Source of the DNA: Phycisphaerae bacterium
GTDB lineage: Bacteria > Planctomycetota > Phycisphaerae > UBA1845
DNA: 64,000 bases
Direction: 5' to 3'
Assembly: GCA_029260165.1 (NCBI GenBank)
Contig: JAJDDT010000009.1
Location: 29,074 to 93,073 of the forward strand
The translations under genes and the position numbers were made by a program. The notes under the pieces were generated by a model. It was given only the letters and a program-made list of their open reading frames with translations, was not told where the DNA came from and searched no databases. Below, one piece after another: positions 1 through 8,280 of this stretch (its first letter is position 1; every line of letters starts with the position of its first letter).

Positions 1-1199
1 CGGGCATCCAGGTGACCCAGGCGGTGGCGACCTGTCCAGCCAACTTCCGCGACGATGCCAAGCAGGCGTTACTTGAAGCGTTCAAACGCAACGGCATCAA
101 GGTCCTGCGGCTCATCCCCGAACCCACCGCCGCCGGGTACGCCTACGCCCTCGATCGTGGCGGCAGCAACAGTACGTTTTTGATCTATGACTTCGGAGGC
201 GGGACGTTTGACGTCTCCATCATCCGCCTTGAAGGAAGCCAGTTCACCGTGCTCAGCACGGAGGGCATCCCCACGCTCGGGGGCAACGACATCAGCCGTT
301 GTATCGAATCACGCGTATTGGATGACGTTGAGGCAGCCTGCGGTCGTCGACCCTGTCGTGAGGATGACGGACTCTTCTTCCTGGACCTCGACCAGCGTAT
401 CGAAACAGCCAAGATCTCACTGGGCAAACAAAAGGAAGTGCCCATCGTCGCATCGTTTGTTGGTCAGCAAACCATCGTCAAGATCACGCAGGTGGAGTTT
501 CATGCGAGTATCGACTCCTTGATCGGTCAGAGTCTGGATGCCACGGATCGGGCGATCGTCGCGGCGGGACTGACCATCGACGCTATCGACCGCTTGGTGA
601 TGGTCGGTGGGACCTCCCGCCTGCCGCACATTCAGGAGCGGGTCGCCGATCATACGGGATTGGTTCCACGTACGGACATTGATCCCGACAAGGCCATTGC
701 CTACGGTGCCGCGTTGGCATGTGTGGCGGAGATGGACAAGAACGGCCAGGCCGCCACGATCCACGGCCAGGTCATCCCAGCACCCGAATTGTTCGTCCAG
801 GATGTCACCGCCCATGACGTCGGTTGCTCGGCCCTCATACACGACGGTCCCAAGCAACGCCTTGTGAACGCAGTGATCATCCCCAAGAACACCGCCATCC
901 CTTGCCAGAAGACGGATCACTTCTACTTGGAGAGCGAGGAGCAAACACGGGCAAAGGTTGAGATCCTTCAGGGCGAAGGGCGTGCCAATCGCGACGATTG
1001 CCTGGTGATCGGCGAGATCATTCTGGACAACCTTCCGACCGAGACCGTTCAGTCGCAACGCATCTGTGTGCAATACACGATCGATGCCAACGGCATGGTC
1101 ACCGCCACCGCCACGGACAAGGTGAGCGGCATCAGTCGCACCGTATCGGTGGATTACAAAAAGGGTATTCATGCTCGCCAGCAGCCAGCCGCAGCTTAA
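1..1199 (+). CDS. Hsp70/DnaK-family ATPase, 5' end cut by the window edge; nucleotide-binding domain plus beta-sandwich substrate domain, no C-terminal helical lid
   Basis: The frame is open from nt 3. Hsp70 actin-fold motifs are present: IPEPTAAGYAYAL, LIYDFGGGTFDVSII, LVMVGGTSRLPHIQERV, DPDKAIAYGAAL. A DnaK-like beta-domain signature follows (ICVQYTIDANGMVTATATDKVSG). The ORF stops about 25 aa later, with no lid region. Confidence 0.85.
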   Translation, partial: GIQVTQAVATCPANFRDDAKQALLEAFKRNGIKVLRLIPEPTAAGYAYALDRGGSNSTFLIYDFGGGTFDVSIIRLEGSQFTVLSTEGIPTLGGNDISRCIESRVLDDVEAACGRRPCREDDGLFFLDLDQRIETAKISLGKQKEVPIVASFVGQQTIVKITQVEFHASIDSLIGQSLDATDRAIVAAGLTIDAIDRLVMVGGTSRLPHIQERVADHTGLVPRTDIDPDKAIAYGAALACVAEMDKNGQAATIHGQVIPAPELFVQDVTAHDVGCSALIHDGPKQRLVNAVIIPKNTAIPCQKTDHFYLESEEQTRAKVEILQGEGRANRDDCLVIGEIILDNLPTETVQSQRICVQYTIDANGMVTATATDKVSGISRTVSVDYKKGIHARQQPAAA

Positions 1200-1214
1200 T
1201 CGAAAGGAGCACAC

Positions 1215-1940
1215 ATGATGCAATCCATCTGTTATCCGACAATATCGCACTACGTCTCGGGATCGATCGGCACCATTTTGGTGCATACCATGGCAATGTT
1301 GGATCGCCTCGGACGTTTCATGGCTGATCCATTGGCACCGTCACGGGGTCGGCGTGCAAGCCATGAGGAGCGACAACACAACACGGCCGTGTTGGTCATT
1401 GATACGTCTGCATCGATGTCGGACGCCGACTGGCCGCCGTCGCGGCTGCGGGCCGCACAAGATGCCGCCAGAAAGTTCACTCGACGTCTGCACCGCGACT
1501 CGCCCGATACGCGTGTCGGGATCATCACCTTTTCCGGGACGGCTCGTGTGGTTGCAAAGCTCACACCCGCCGCCGACCTCGCCAGGCTGACAAGGAGCAT
1601 TGATTCCGCTGCAGTTGAGTCGTCCACCAACATCACCGCCGGTCTGCGTAAAGCAGAATCCCTGCTGAAACGTGTCGGCGGTCCGTGCCACATCATTCTG
1701 CTCACCGACGGTGTGCACTACGCCCGCCCACAGCCGCACAAGGCGGCATCGCGATTGCGGTCCGTCGGCACGCTGGAAACAGTAGGCATCGGTGGCTCAC
1801 CCGCAGACGTCGACGAGGAGCTTCTTAAGGAAATCGCCTCGGCAAGACCCGACGGATCCAAGCGGTACCGCTGGATCGGTGATGGCGAAGAACTGGTCAA
1901 GCACTTTGAGTGCCTCGCAGAAGGGTTGGTGAGACGATGA
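1215..1940 (+). CDS. von Willebrand factor type A (vWA) domain protein with an intact MIDAS motif
   Basis: AAAGGAG lies 7 nt upstream of the ATG, which is 15 nt after the Hsp70 stop. vWA motifs: VLVIDTSASMS (DxSxS), ITFSGTA, STNITAGL, IILLTDG. Confidence 0.8.
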   Translation: MMQSICYPTISHYVSGSIGTILVHTMAMLDRLGRFMADPLAPSRGRRASHEERQHNTAVLVIDTSASMSDADWPPSRLRAAQDAARKFTRRLHRDSPDTRVGIITFSGTARVVAKLTPAADLARLTRSIDSAAVESSTNITAGLRKAESLLKRVGGPCHIILLTDGVHYARPQPHKAASRLRSVGTLETVGIGGSPADVDEELLKEIASARPDGSKRYRWIGDGEELVKHFECLAEGLVRR

Positions 1941-2233
1941 TCATCGATCTATCCAGCATACTGCTGCTGCCGCTGGTCGTGCTCGCGTGGGCGATCGACG
2001 CGTATCTGTTTCTGCTCACCGTTCATCTAACCCTTGGGCGTAGGGTGACGGTTCCCGAACTGTCGGACTGGAAGCGATCGCTGAAGACGTTGGTGAATCC
2101 ACTCCCCACAAACGTCGCGAATCGCTTGTCTTCGATTCGACCCGATCTGCCCGGTTGGGTGTCATGGGCTGTCACCGTCATCAGCCTGCTCATCATGCGT
2201 CAGGTGTGTTTCGCTACCGTCGGGACTGCGTAG
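1937..2233 (+). CDS. small predicted 2-TM membrane protein (98 aa), hypothetical
   Basis: The ATG overlaps the vWA TGA (ATGA). Hydrophobic stretches are ILLLPLVVLAWAIDAYLFLLTV and WVSWAVTVISLLIM. The start was chosen by coupling rather than the upstream ATG at 1910. Confidence 0.5.
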   Translation: MIIDLSSILLLPLVVLAWAIDAYLFLLTVHLTLGRRVTVPELSDWKRSLKTLVNPLPTNVANRLSSIRPDLPGWVSWAVTVISLLIMRQVCFATVGTA

Positions 2234-2250
2234 CTGATTGAGGATTCATT

Positions 2251-2490
2251 GTGGCCGACCTGACCGTTCAACCGCTGCCGATCGTGATGACCACCGACGA
2301 GGTGGCATCGATCCTTCGCTGTTCGCCCGACTCGGTCAGGCGATACGTCTTCAGCCACCAGTTGGCTGCCATCCGAATCGGACGCGAACGTCGCTTCAGG
2401 GCCGAGGACGTGCTCGAATTCGTGGCTTCTCGCCCCCTGACCGCACGAAGTCGGGGGCGGAGGCCACGTCCCCAACGCCGGGGCCGCTGA
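2251..2490 (+). CDS. excisionase-family helix-turn-helix DNA-binding protein (Xis/AlpA-like)
   Basis: GTG start with GAGGA 7 nt upstream. The sequence MTTDEVASILRCSPDSVRRYVFSHQLAAIRIGRERRF matches the excisionase-type HTH pattern. It sits directly upstream of an integrase. Confidence 0.75.
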   Translation: MADLTVQPLPIVMTTDEVASILRCSPDSVRRYVFSHQLAAIRIGRERRFRAEDVLEFVASRPLTARSRGRRPRPQRRGR

Positions 2491-2536
2491 CACAGTGACG
2501 GCACGAAACAAGCAGTGACGCTTGTTTCGGTGTCAG
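2487..2536. repeat. long imperfect inverted repeat between xis and int
   Basis: A perfect 10-bp stem, cgaaacaagc (2504-2513) / gcttgtttcg (2520-2529), has a 6-nt loop. It is extended by ctgacac (2487-2493) / gtgtcag (2530-2536). CAGTGACG occurs twice (2492, 2512). No U-run follows on either strand. Confidence 0.8.
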
Positions 2537-2624
2537 AAAACCACATGAAGTGTCTTGATCGCAGGCACGCTTCGATCCATCGTCAAAGCCGTTGGTCACG
2601 AACCACCAACCGAGGACTGAAAAC

Positions 2625-3875
2625 ATGATCGCAACCGTCAATCTGCTGCACCTTCCCAAGAGACGAAGCCCGCACATCGTTCGTTGGTGGGGTGAACCTG
2701 ACCCTGAGACGGGAACCCAAAAGCGTTACGGTCGTTCGTTCATGACGATGACGGAAGCACGCAAGTTCTACGTCGAAAAGCAATCCGAGATGGATCGCGG
2801 CAAGCCCCGTGATCCCGTCGATGCCACCCTCGAAGAACTGTTCGCCGAGTTCGAGAAGGCACGTCTGTCGTTGTTGAGCTACGCCTCCAAGATCGGATAT
2901 CAACTCACGATCCAGCAAATGCTGGCCCAATTCGGACGAAATCTCAAAGTCAGACACCTCGAACGTCGTCACGCCGAGTCCTTCATCGCCACCCGCAAGC
3001 GTTGTGACGGACGTGCCGGTGAGCTCTCCCCGTGGGCCAGGGCTCGGCACCTGATTCACTGTCGTGCCATCTTCTCCGCAGCCGTCGAATGGGGCTACGC
3101 CGATGACAATCCATTTCGGGCGAACCGCTATGGTGGGAACTCACCACTTCGACTGCGGCCCAAGGGTCGGCCATGGCATCACATTACCCCTCGCGAGTTC
3201 ATGCGGTTGCTCCCACTGATTCCATCCGCACGACAACGTGCCGCCTACTGGTTTATGTACGGTTGTGGGCTACGACCGGGCGAGGTGTACAACCTCATGG
3301 TCACCAACGTCGATATCGAAATTCGACGGGTAGACGTCGTGAATCGATTGGGGTCGCCGGACATCCCGCCGTTTACGGTCAAAGCAGAGGGGCAGTCATC
3401 CGAGAGCAAGGAACGCAGCGTACCCATCCCCAACGCCGCCATCCCCGACATCGCGGACGCCATGAAGTTGGCGTTCAAGTCGGGCGGATTCCTCACGCTC
3501 ACGCCGCAGCGTTTTGAACGGGTTCAGCAGTACTGGCGACTCTGTCGGTCGAATCAGGGCTGGGGTGACCATGACTGGCGGCCATGGCAAAACCGCGACA
3601 TGATGAACAACATGCTCCGCGATGCCAAGAAGTACTTGAATCAAGCCGGCATCGAATTGTCGGCTCCCTTCACGCTCAACACGTTTCGCAAGAGCTTCGC
3701 CCAGAATCACGCCGACGCCGGAACACCGCCGCGTACGCTCGCCAAGCTGCTCGGACACGCGAATACGCGGGTGACCATGCAGTACTACAACCGTGTCACG
3801 GACGCGAATGAACGAGCGGCGGACGATGCCATGAATCGAATTCTGTCACCGAAACGAAGAGCGACGACCGCGTGA
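2625..3875 (+). CDS. tyrosine site-specific recombinase (phage-type integrase)
   Basis: The C-terminal catalytic region FRKSFAQNHADAGTPPRTLAKLLGHANTRVTMQYY has the HxxR...H...Y pattern, and RPGEVYNL is box I-like. ATG at 2625 with GAGGA 8 nt upstream was preferred to the TTG at 2592. Confidence 0.9.
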   Translation: MIATVNLLHLPKRRSPHIVRWWGEPDPETGTQKRYGRSFMTMTEARKFYVEKQSEMDRGKPRDPVDATLEELFAEFEKARLSLLSYASKIGYQLTIQQMLAQFGRNLKVRHLERRHAESFIATRKRCDGRAGELSPWARARHLIHCRAIFSAAVEWGYADDNPFRANRYGGNSPLRLRPKGRPWHHITPREFMRLLPLIPSARQRAAYWFMYGCGLRPGEVYNLMVTNVDIEIRRVDVVNRLGSPDIPPFTVKAEGQSSESKERSVPIPNAAIPDIADAMKLAFKSGGFLTLTPQRFERVQQYWRLCRSNQGWGDHDWRPWQNRDMMNNMLRDAKKYLNQAGIELSAPFTLNTFRKSFAQNHADAGTPPRTLAKLLGHANTRVTMQYYNRVTDANERAADDAMNRILSPKRRATTA

Positions 3876-3983
3876 TGGGCCTGGGCAATGCCGTGGTTAG
3901 AAGCGATGCATGCTCGAATGGAGCGAGAGATTCGCAGCATACGACAGGATCGTACGATGACGTTCTTGTCGCGAATGGCACGA

Positions 3984-4238
3984 TCAGGCTGATTGGCCGG
4001 TGTCGCCGGAACCAATCGGCGTCTGCTTGGAATTGTCCTTCGCTTCTTTTTCAAAATCATCAATCGCCTCTTGTGCATCCTCATAAACAGCATCCAAATC
4101 GGTGTAGTCGTTCGTTCGTTTTTCGACCACCATCGCCCACGTCATGAATTCCTCGCGAGTGCGGGGCTCTCGGCCAACGACAGTGGTGAAGTCCTCGTCG
4201 GTGATGTCGATGCGTTCAACCTCGTGTTTCCATTTCAT
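3984..4238 (-). CDS. small, highly acidic hypothetical protein (84 aa)
   Basis: GGAGGG lies about 12 nt upstream of the ATG. The protein is D/E-rich (DITDEDF, DLDAVYEDAQEAIDDFEKEAKD). Local GC is lower. Confidence 0.55.
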   Translation of the reverse strand: MKWKHEVERIDITDEDFTTVVGREPRTREEFMTWAMVVEKRTNDYTDLDAVYEDAQEAIDDFEKEAKDNSKQTPIGSGDTGQSA

Positions 4239-4545
4239 TGTTTGCGTTGTCCCTCCTTCTGAATGATCGTTGAGTCGCTGCCGGTCGAGTTGTTCCCTGC
4301 CCCGGATTGTTGCGAGCCTTCGACTTCTGCTCGTATCGAATGGTTTTTCATGAGGGAACCAAGTGGTTGGGGTTTATAAGATTTAGCGCGGTCAAAAATA
4401 GCGCTTCCAGAATACGTTTCGCCGAGACTTCACGAAGAAATCAAGCGAGATTCTGGTCAGACACCCAAACTGGACCAACTTCGCCAGCCGTTCGGGTGAA
4501 GGTTTTTAAGTGACAGCACCTTCCCCACGGGATGGACGTGCGACA

Positions 4546-4947
4546 ATGACCGAGCCAACCGTCAGGGTGATCATTGAAAAAGGAATCGCCAGAATAGAAG
4601 CGCTCACGGCGGACGCTGACGTGGAAGTGCGGGATTACGACGTTGAGCTTACCCCCGAAGACCACCCACACCTTTGGACCGATGAGAATGGACGTCGGTG
4701 CGCGCGGTACTTCGTCTCTGGAGGCACGAACACACCTCCCGCACGAAGCTACGCCGCCGGACTCGAGAAACTCGCCGCAGATATGGGAACCTTTGCAGGC
4801 GTATCGACATCTTTCTCACCCGCAGCGTCCGAAGATCTTCTTCATGTACTGACCGTAAACGGCGCGGATTTCTACTTCGGCACAGACGGTCGATACGACG
4901 GCTGGGGCAAGTCCATTCAGCGCAGCCACAGCCCACCAGATGCCTGA
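4546..4947 (+). CDS. hypothetical protein (alternative GTG start at 4510)
   Basis: The ORF has a protein-like composition (VRVIIEKGIARIEALTADADVEVRDYDVELTPEDHPHLW; NGADFYFGTDGRYDGWGKS). No family was recognised, and competing antisense ORFs are Arg-rich. Confidence 0.4.
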   Translation: MTEPTVRVIIEKGIARIEALTADADVEVRDYDVELTPEDHPHLWTDENGRRCARYFVSGGTNTPPARSYAAGLEKLAADMGTFAGVSTSFSPAASEDLLHVLTVNGADFYFGTDGRYDGWGKSIQRSHSPPDA

Positions 4948-5540
4948 ATCGCACGCGAACACACCGTGGTCGGCTCGTGCAACGACCGAACAATGCAATT
5001 TGCCTTTGTGGGTGAGCGCCTGCACGGGACTCATGCGCTCTTGTCGCCGAATCGCTCCAAATCGAGCATTTGCCACGCAGAATCAACGAACTGCCCGTGC
5101 GGTTCGACCCGCAAATCGCCGTTCGCGAACAGGCCCCAATGAATTTTGAGAAGCGAGATTCACAACTATTGGTGCGAGTCCCTCGCAAGACGAAACCACA
5201 CAACGCAACATATGTGAAGCCTCTGCACTCGCGTAAGTGACTTTCAGTTCAGGGGTTACACTTCGAGACGCCGCCGATCCTCGACAGGGTCAAGGGGCTG
5301 CCCAACGTTCACCGAGTTGGCGAATATGGCACGACGAATTTGCGGGGCGGGAGCGAGCCCGGCAATTGAGCGCGTCTTCGAAACTGACACCAGGACACCG
5401 CAAAAACGGGAGCGCCTGCATGTGCGGCAAGCGCTCTTCATCCTGAAACAGACACCAAACTGACACTTTTCGGGGTTTTTCGTGATTTCACCGGGACCGG
5501 CGAGAATCGTAACCTACTACCGGGCCAAGGGTTACGCGAA

Positions 5541-5614
5541 TGGGCGATACAGGACTTGAACCTGTGACCTCCTGCGTGTCGAGCAGGCGCTCTAGCCAAC
5601 TGAGCTAATCGCCC
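5541..5614 (-). tRNA. tRNA-Val (anticodon GAC by position) with an unusual C at position 33
   Basis: The reverse complement folds as a cloverleaf: GGGCGAT TA GCTC AGTTGGCTA GAGC G CCTGC TCGACAC GCAGG AGGTC ACAGG TTCAAGT CCTGT ATCGCCC A. The acceptor and D-arm (GGGCGATTAGCTCAG) are typical of bacterial Val tRNAs. Confidence 0.85.
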
Positions 5615-5707
5615 GGGTTGCGTCGTTGGCTGCGACGACCGGGCATCCTAACACCGCAGTCGAATTTTGCAATCTGTTGAATTCTCTCGAATTCGTGAAT
5701 CCCGCGG

Positions 5708-6757
5708 TCACCGGAATCCAACCTTGCCTGTGCCTCTGACGAGTTGGCCTATGATGGTTGCGTCCTCGTTCATGTCCTGGAGGTGTCTGACGATGTCGCC
5801 TGCGATGAATTCAGGCGTGACGATGACGAAGCCAACGCCCATATTGAAGACTCGGTACATCTCGTTTTCGGCGATGCCTTGGGATTGCAACAGGTTGAAA
5901 ACCGGGGGTATGGGCCAGGAGTTTCTGTTGATGACGGCGTCGCAGTTGGGGTTGATCACGCGGGCGATATTTTCACAGAGACCGCCGCCGGTGATGTGGG
6001 CCATTGCGGTGATGTGTTTGTTGGCGGTGAAAGTGGCCAACAGGTTGGTGATGGGTTTGACGTAAATGCGGGTGGGTTTGAGGACCGCGTCAGCGAGGGT
6101 TTCACCGAGTGCGTCGTGGTGTTGGTCGAGGTCGAGGTTGGCGGTGGTAATGAGTTTGCGAACGAGCGAGAATCCATTCGAGTGAATGCCGCTGGAAGGA
6201 AGGGCGATGATGGATTGTCCCGGTGCGGTCTTCGAGCCGTCGATGATTTTCGACTCGTCAACGATGCCGACGGAGAATCCGGCGAGGTCGAAACCGTCCG
6301 ATTTGTAGAGATCGGGCATTTCGGCTGTCTCGCCGCCGAGCAGGGCGCAATTCGCTTCGCGACAACCGTCGGCGATGCCCTCGATGATGGGGGCGAGCGT
6401 GTCGGGGGTGAGTTTGTGGGCGGCGATGTAGTCGAGGATGAAGAGCGGGGTTGCTCCGCCGGTCAGAAGGTCGTTGACGTTCATGGCGACGAGGTCGATG
6501 CCGAGGGAGTGGGACCGACCTGTCTGGATGCCGAGAATGATCTTGGTGCCCACGCCGTCGGCGCATGAGACGAGGACGGGGTTGGAGAAGGGTTGACCGG
6601 CGGGGTCTGTGAGTTTGAACAACCCCGTGAATCCACGGGGTTTGCTGATGACGCGGTGATCCTGCGTGGATTTGAGGGCGGACTGGATGCGGGTGATCCA
6701 TGCGTTGTTGGCGTCGATATCCACGCCGCTGGATTTGTAGGTGAGTTCGTCGGTCAT
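5708..6757 (-). CDS. purM: phosphoribosylformylglycinamidine cyclo-ligase (AIR synthetase)
   Basis: LTYKSSGVDIDANN..., GFTGLF, DGVGTKI and the rest of the sequence match PurM across the full length. The ATG at 6757 overlaps the purF stop (ATGA). Confidence 0.95.
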   Translation of the reverse strand: MTDELTYKSSGVDIDANNAWITRIQSALKSTQDHRVISKPRGFTGLFKLTDPAGQPFSNPVLVSCADGVGTKIILGIQTGRSHSLGIDLVAMNVNDLLTGGATPLFILDYIAAHKLTPDTLAPIIEGIADGCREANCALLGGETAEMPDLYKSDGFDLAGFSVGIVDESKIIDGSKTAPGQSIIALPSSGIHSNGFSLVRKLITTANLDLDQHHDALGETLADAVLKPTRIYVKPITNLLATFTANKHITAMAHITGGGLCENIARVINPNCDAVINRNSWPIPPVFNLLQSQGIAENEMYRVFNMGVGFVIVTPEFIAGDIVRHLQDMNEDATIIGQLVRGTGKVGFR

Positions 6758-8280
6758 CGGACGGGACTGGCGGAGGGTTCCATGGCGAATTTGTCGAATT
6801 TTTCGGGAACGGTGACGGGGTATTCTCCGGTGAAGCACGCGGAGCAGTACATCTCGGGTTTCATATTGACGCAGTTGAGCATGCCATCGACGGAGAGGTA
6901 GGCGATGGAGTCGACTTCGAGAACGCCGCGGATTTCGTCAACCGTTCGGTCTGTTGCGACGAGTCTGGATTTGTCGGGAAAGTCGATGCCGAAGTAGCAG
7001 CCGTTGCGAACGGGTGGGCTTGCCACGCGGAGATGAATTTCGGTCGCACCCGCGCGGCGGAGTTCGCCGAGCATGGCCTGGGTTGTTGTGCCCCGGACGA
7101 CCGAATCCTCAACGACGGCGAGTCGCTTGCCGCGGACGACGTTCTCGAGAACGCGGAGTTTCATACGCACCTGTTGTTCGCGCGTGGCTTGATCGGGCAT
7201 GATGAAGGATCGGCTGGTGCGAGGGGTGGTCGTGATACCACGACCGAATGGGATGTTCGTTGCACGACTGTAACCGATCGCGGCGCATCGGGCGCAGTTC
7301 GGGATGGCGATGACCATGTCAGCGTTTGCGGGGGCTTCGAGGGCGAGCTGTCTGCCCATGAGTTCGCGGACAAGTCGGACGTTTTGGCCGAAGATGTCGC
7401 TGGAAGGGTCGGCGAAGTAAACGTGCTCAAAGATACAGGCAGCGCCACGTTTCGGATTGGGTGGACCGATGCGTGCTGACGATCGTCCTGTTTTGTCAAG
7501 CGTGACGATTTCGCCCGGATCGACGTCGCGGATGTATTCGGCGTCGATAACGTCAAAGGCACAGGTTTCGGATGCGACGACGTATGATCCGTTGCCAAGC
7601 AGTCCGATGCACAGCGGGCGGAAACCGAGCGGGTCGCGGATTGCGACAACGCGGTCCGGGAAAAGAATGACGAGGCAGTAGGCACCTTGCAGAGATTTGA
7701 GGGTCTTGATTATTGCATCAGTGCTCAAGTCGTTTGCGGCGGCAAGCAGGTGGCCTATGATTTCGGTGTCGGAGGTTCCGTCGAACACGGTGCCCTGGTT
7801 TTCGAGTTTGCCGCGGATGGTGGTGGCGTTGGTGAGATTCCCATTGTGGGCAATGGCGATCGACGTGTCGCCAATCGTGAATTCCAGGGGTTGGGCGTTG
7901 CGGATGGAGCATCCGCCGGTGGTGGAGTAGCGGACGTGGCCTATGGCGTTTGGGTTCTTGATGGTCGTGAGATTGTCGGCGTTGAATACATCTGAGACGA
8001 GACCAACGCCGGCGTGTTTGCGGAGTGATCGACCGTTGCTGGTGCAGATCCCGGCGGATTCCTGGCCTCTGTGTTGCTGGGCGCGGAGGGCGAGGTGCGT
8101 GAGTGCGGCTGCGTCGGGATGGTTGACAATTCCAAAGAGTCCGCAGCTGTGTTTCGCGTCGCGCACGGCGTGTTGCCCTCGGTTTGGTTCCTGAAGCGTG
8201 GTTTGGTAACTGGAATGACAGTAGTCGGATGGTGTGGGAGCGTCAACGAAGCGTGGTCGTCTTCGCAGGTTGCCGGTCAT
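6754..8280 (-). CDS. purF: amidophosphoribosyltransferase
   Basis: CGLFGI...QHRGQESAGI is the N-terminal nucleophile Cys region, and the PRTase motif VVEDSVVRGTT is present. The start is uncertain: ATG 8280 overlaps the upstream gene by 38 nt, and a GTG at 8166 is an alternative. Confidence 0.93.
   Translation of the reverse strand: MTGNLRRRPRFVDAPTPSDYCHSSYQTTLQEPNRGQHAVRDAKHSCGLFGIVNHPDAAALTHLALRAQQHRGQESAGICTSNGRSLRKHAGVGLVSDVFNADNLTTIKNPNAIGHVRYSTTGGCSIRNAQPLEFTIGDTSIAIAHNGNLTNATTIRGKLENQGTVFDGTSDTEIIGHLLAAANDLSTDAIIKTLKSLQGAYCLVILFPDRVVAIRDPLGFRPLCIGLLGNGSYVVASETCAFDVIDAEYIRDVDPGEIVTLDKTGRSSARIGPPNPKRGAACIFEHVYFADPSSDIFGQNVRLVRELMGRQLALEAPANADMVIAIPNCARCAAIGYSRATNIPFGRGITTTPRTSRSFIMPDQATREQQVRMKLRVLENVVRGKRLAVVEDSVVRGTTTQAMLGELRRAGATEIHLRVASPPVRNGCYFGIDFPDKSRLVATDRTVDEIRGVLEVDSIAYLSVDGMLNCVNMKPEMYCSACFTGEYPVTVPEKFDKFAMEPSASPVR

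Larger units (their letters stand above)
2251..5540. mobile_element. putative tRNA-associated integrative element or remnant (xis, int, small lower-GC ORFs); boundaries not defined
   Basis: An xis+int pair lies about 1.7 kb from the 3' end of tRNA-Val (minus strand, 3' end at 5541). The segment from about 3880 to 5540 is visibly less GC-rich. No direct repeat of the tRNA 3' end was found by eye. Confidence 0.45.

Noticed and set aside
417-1286. 289-aa minus-strand ORF, and similar long antisense ORFs (14762-15703, 15884-16747, 37350-38255, 43377-44279, 45735-46505, 47018-47830, 49298-50311, 53976-54929, 61641-62357)
   Set aside because: Each overlaps a gene on the opposite strand that has clear family motifs or signal-peptide/RBS support. 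All have biased, Arg-rich translations.
4816-5076. 86-aa minus-strand ORF in the integrase island
   Set aside because: It overlaps the 3' end of the plus-strand ORF 4546-4947. No RBS or family signal favours it. The coding strand in this stretch remains uncertain, so it was not called.
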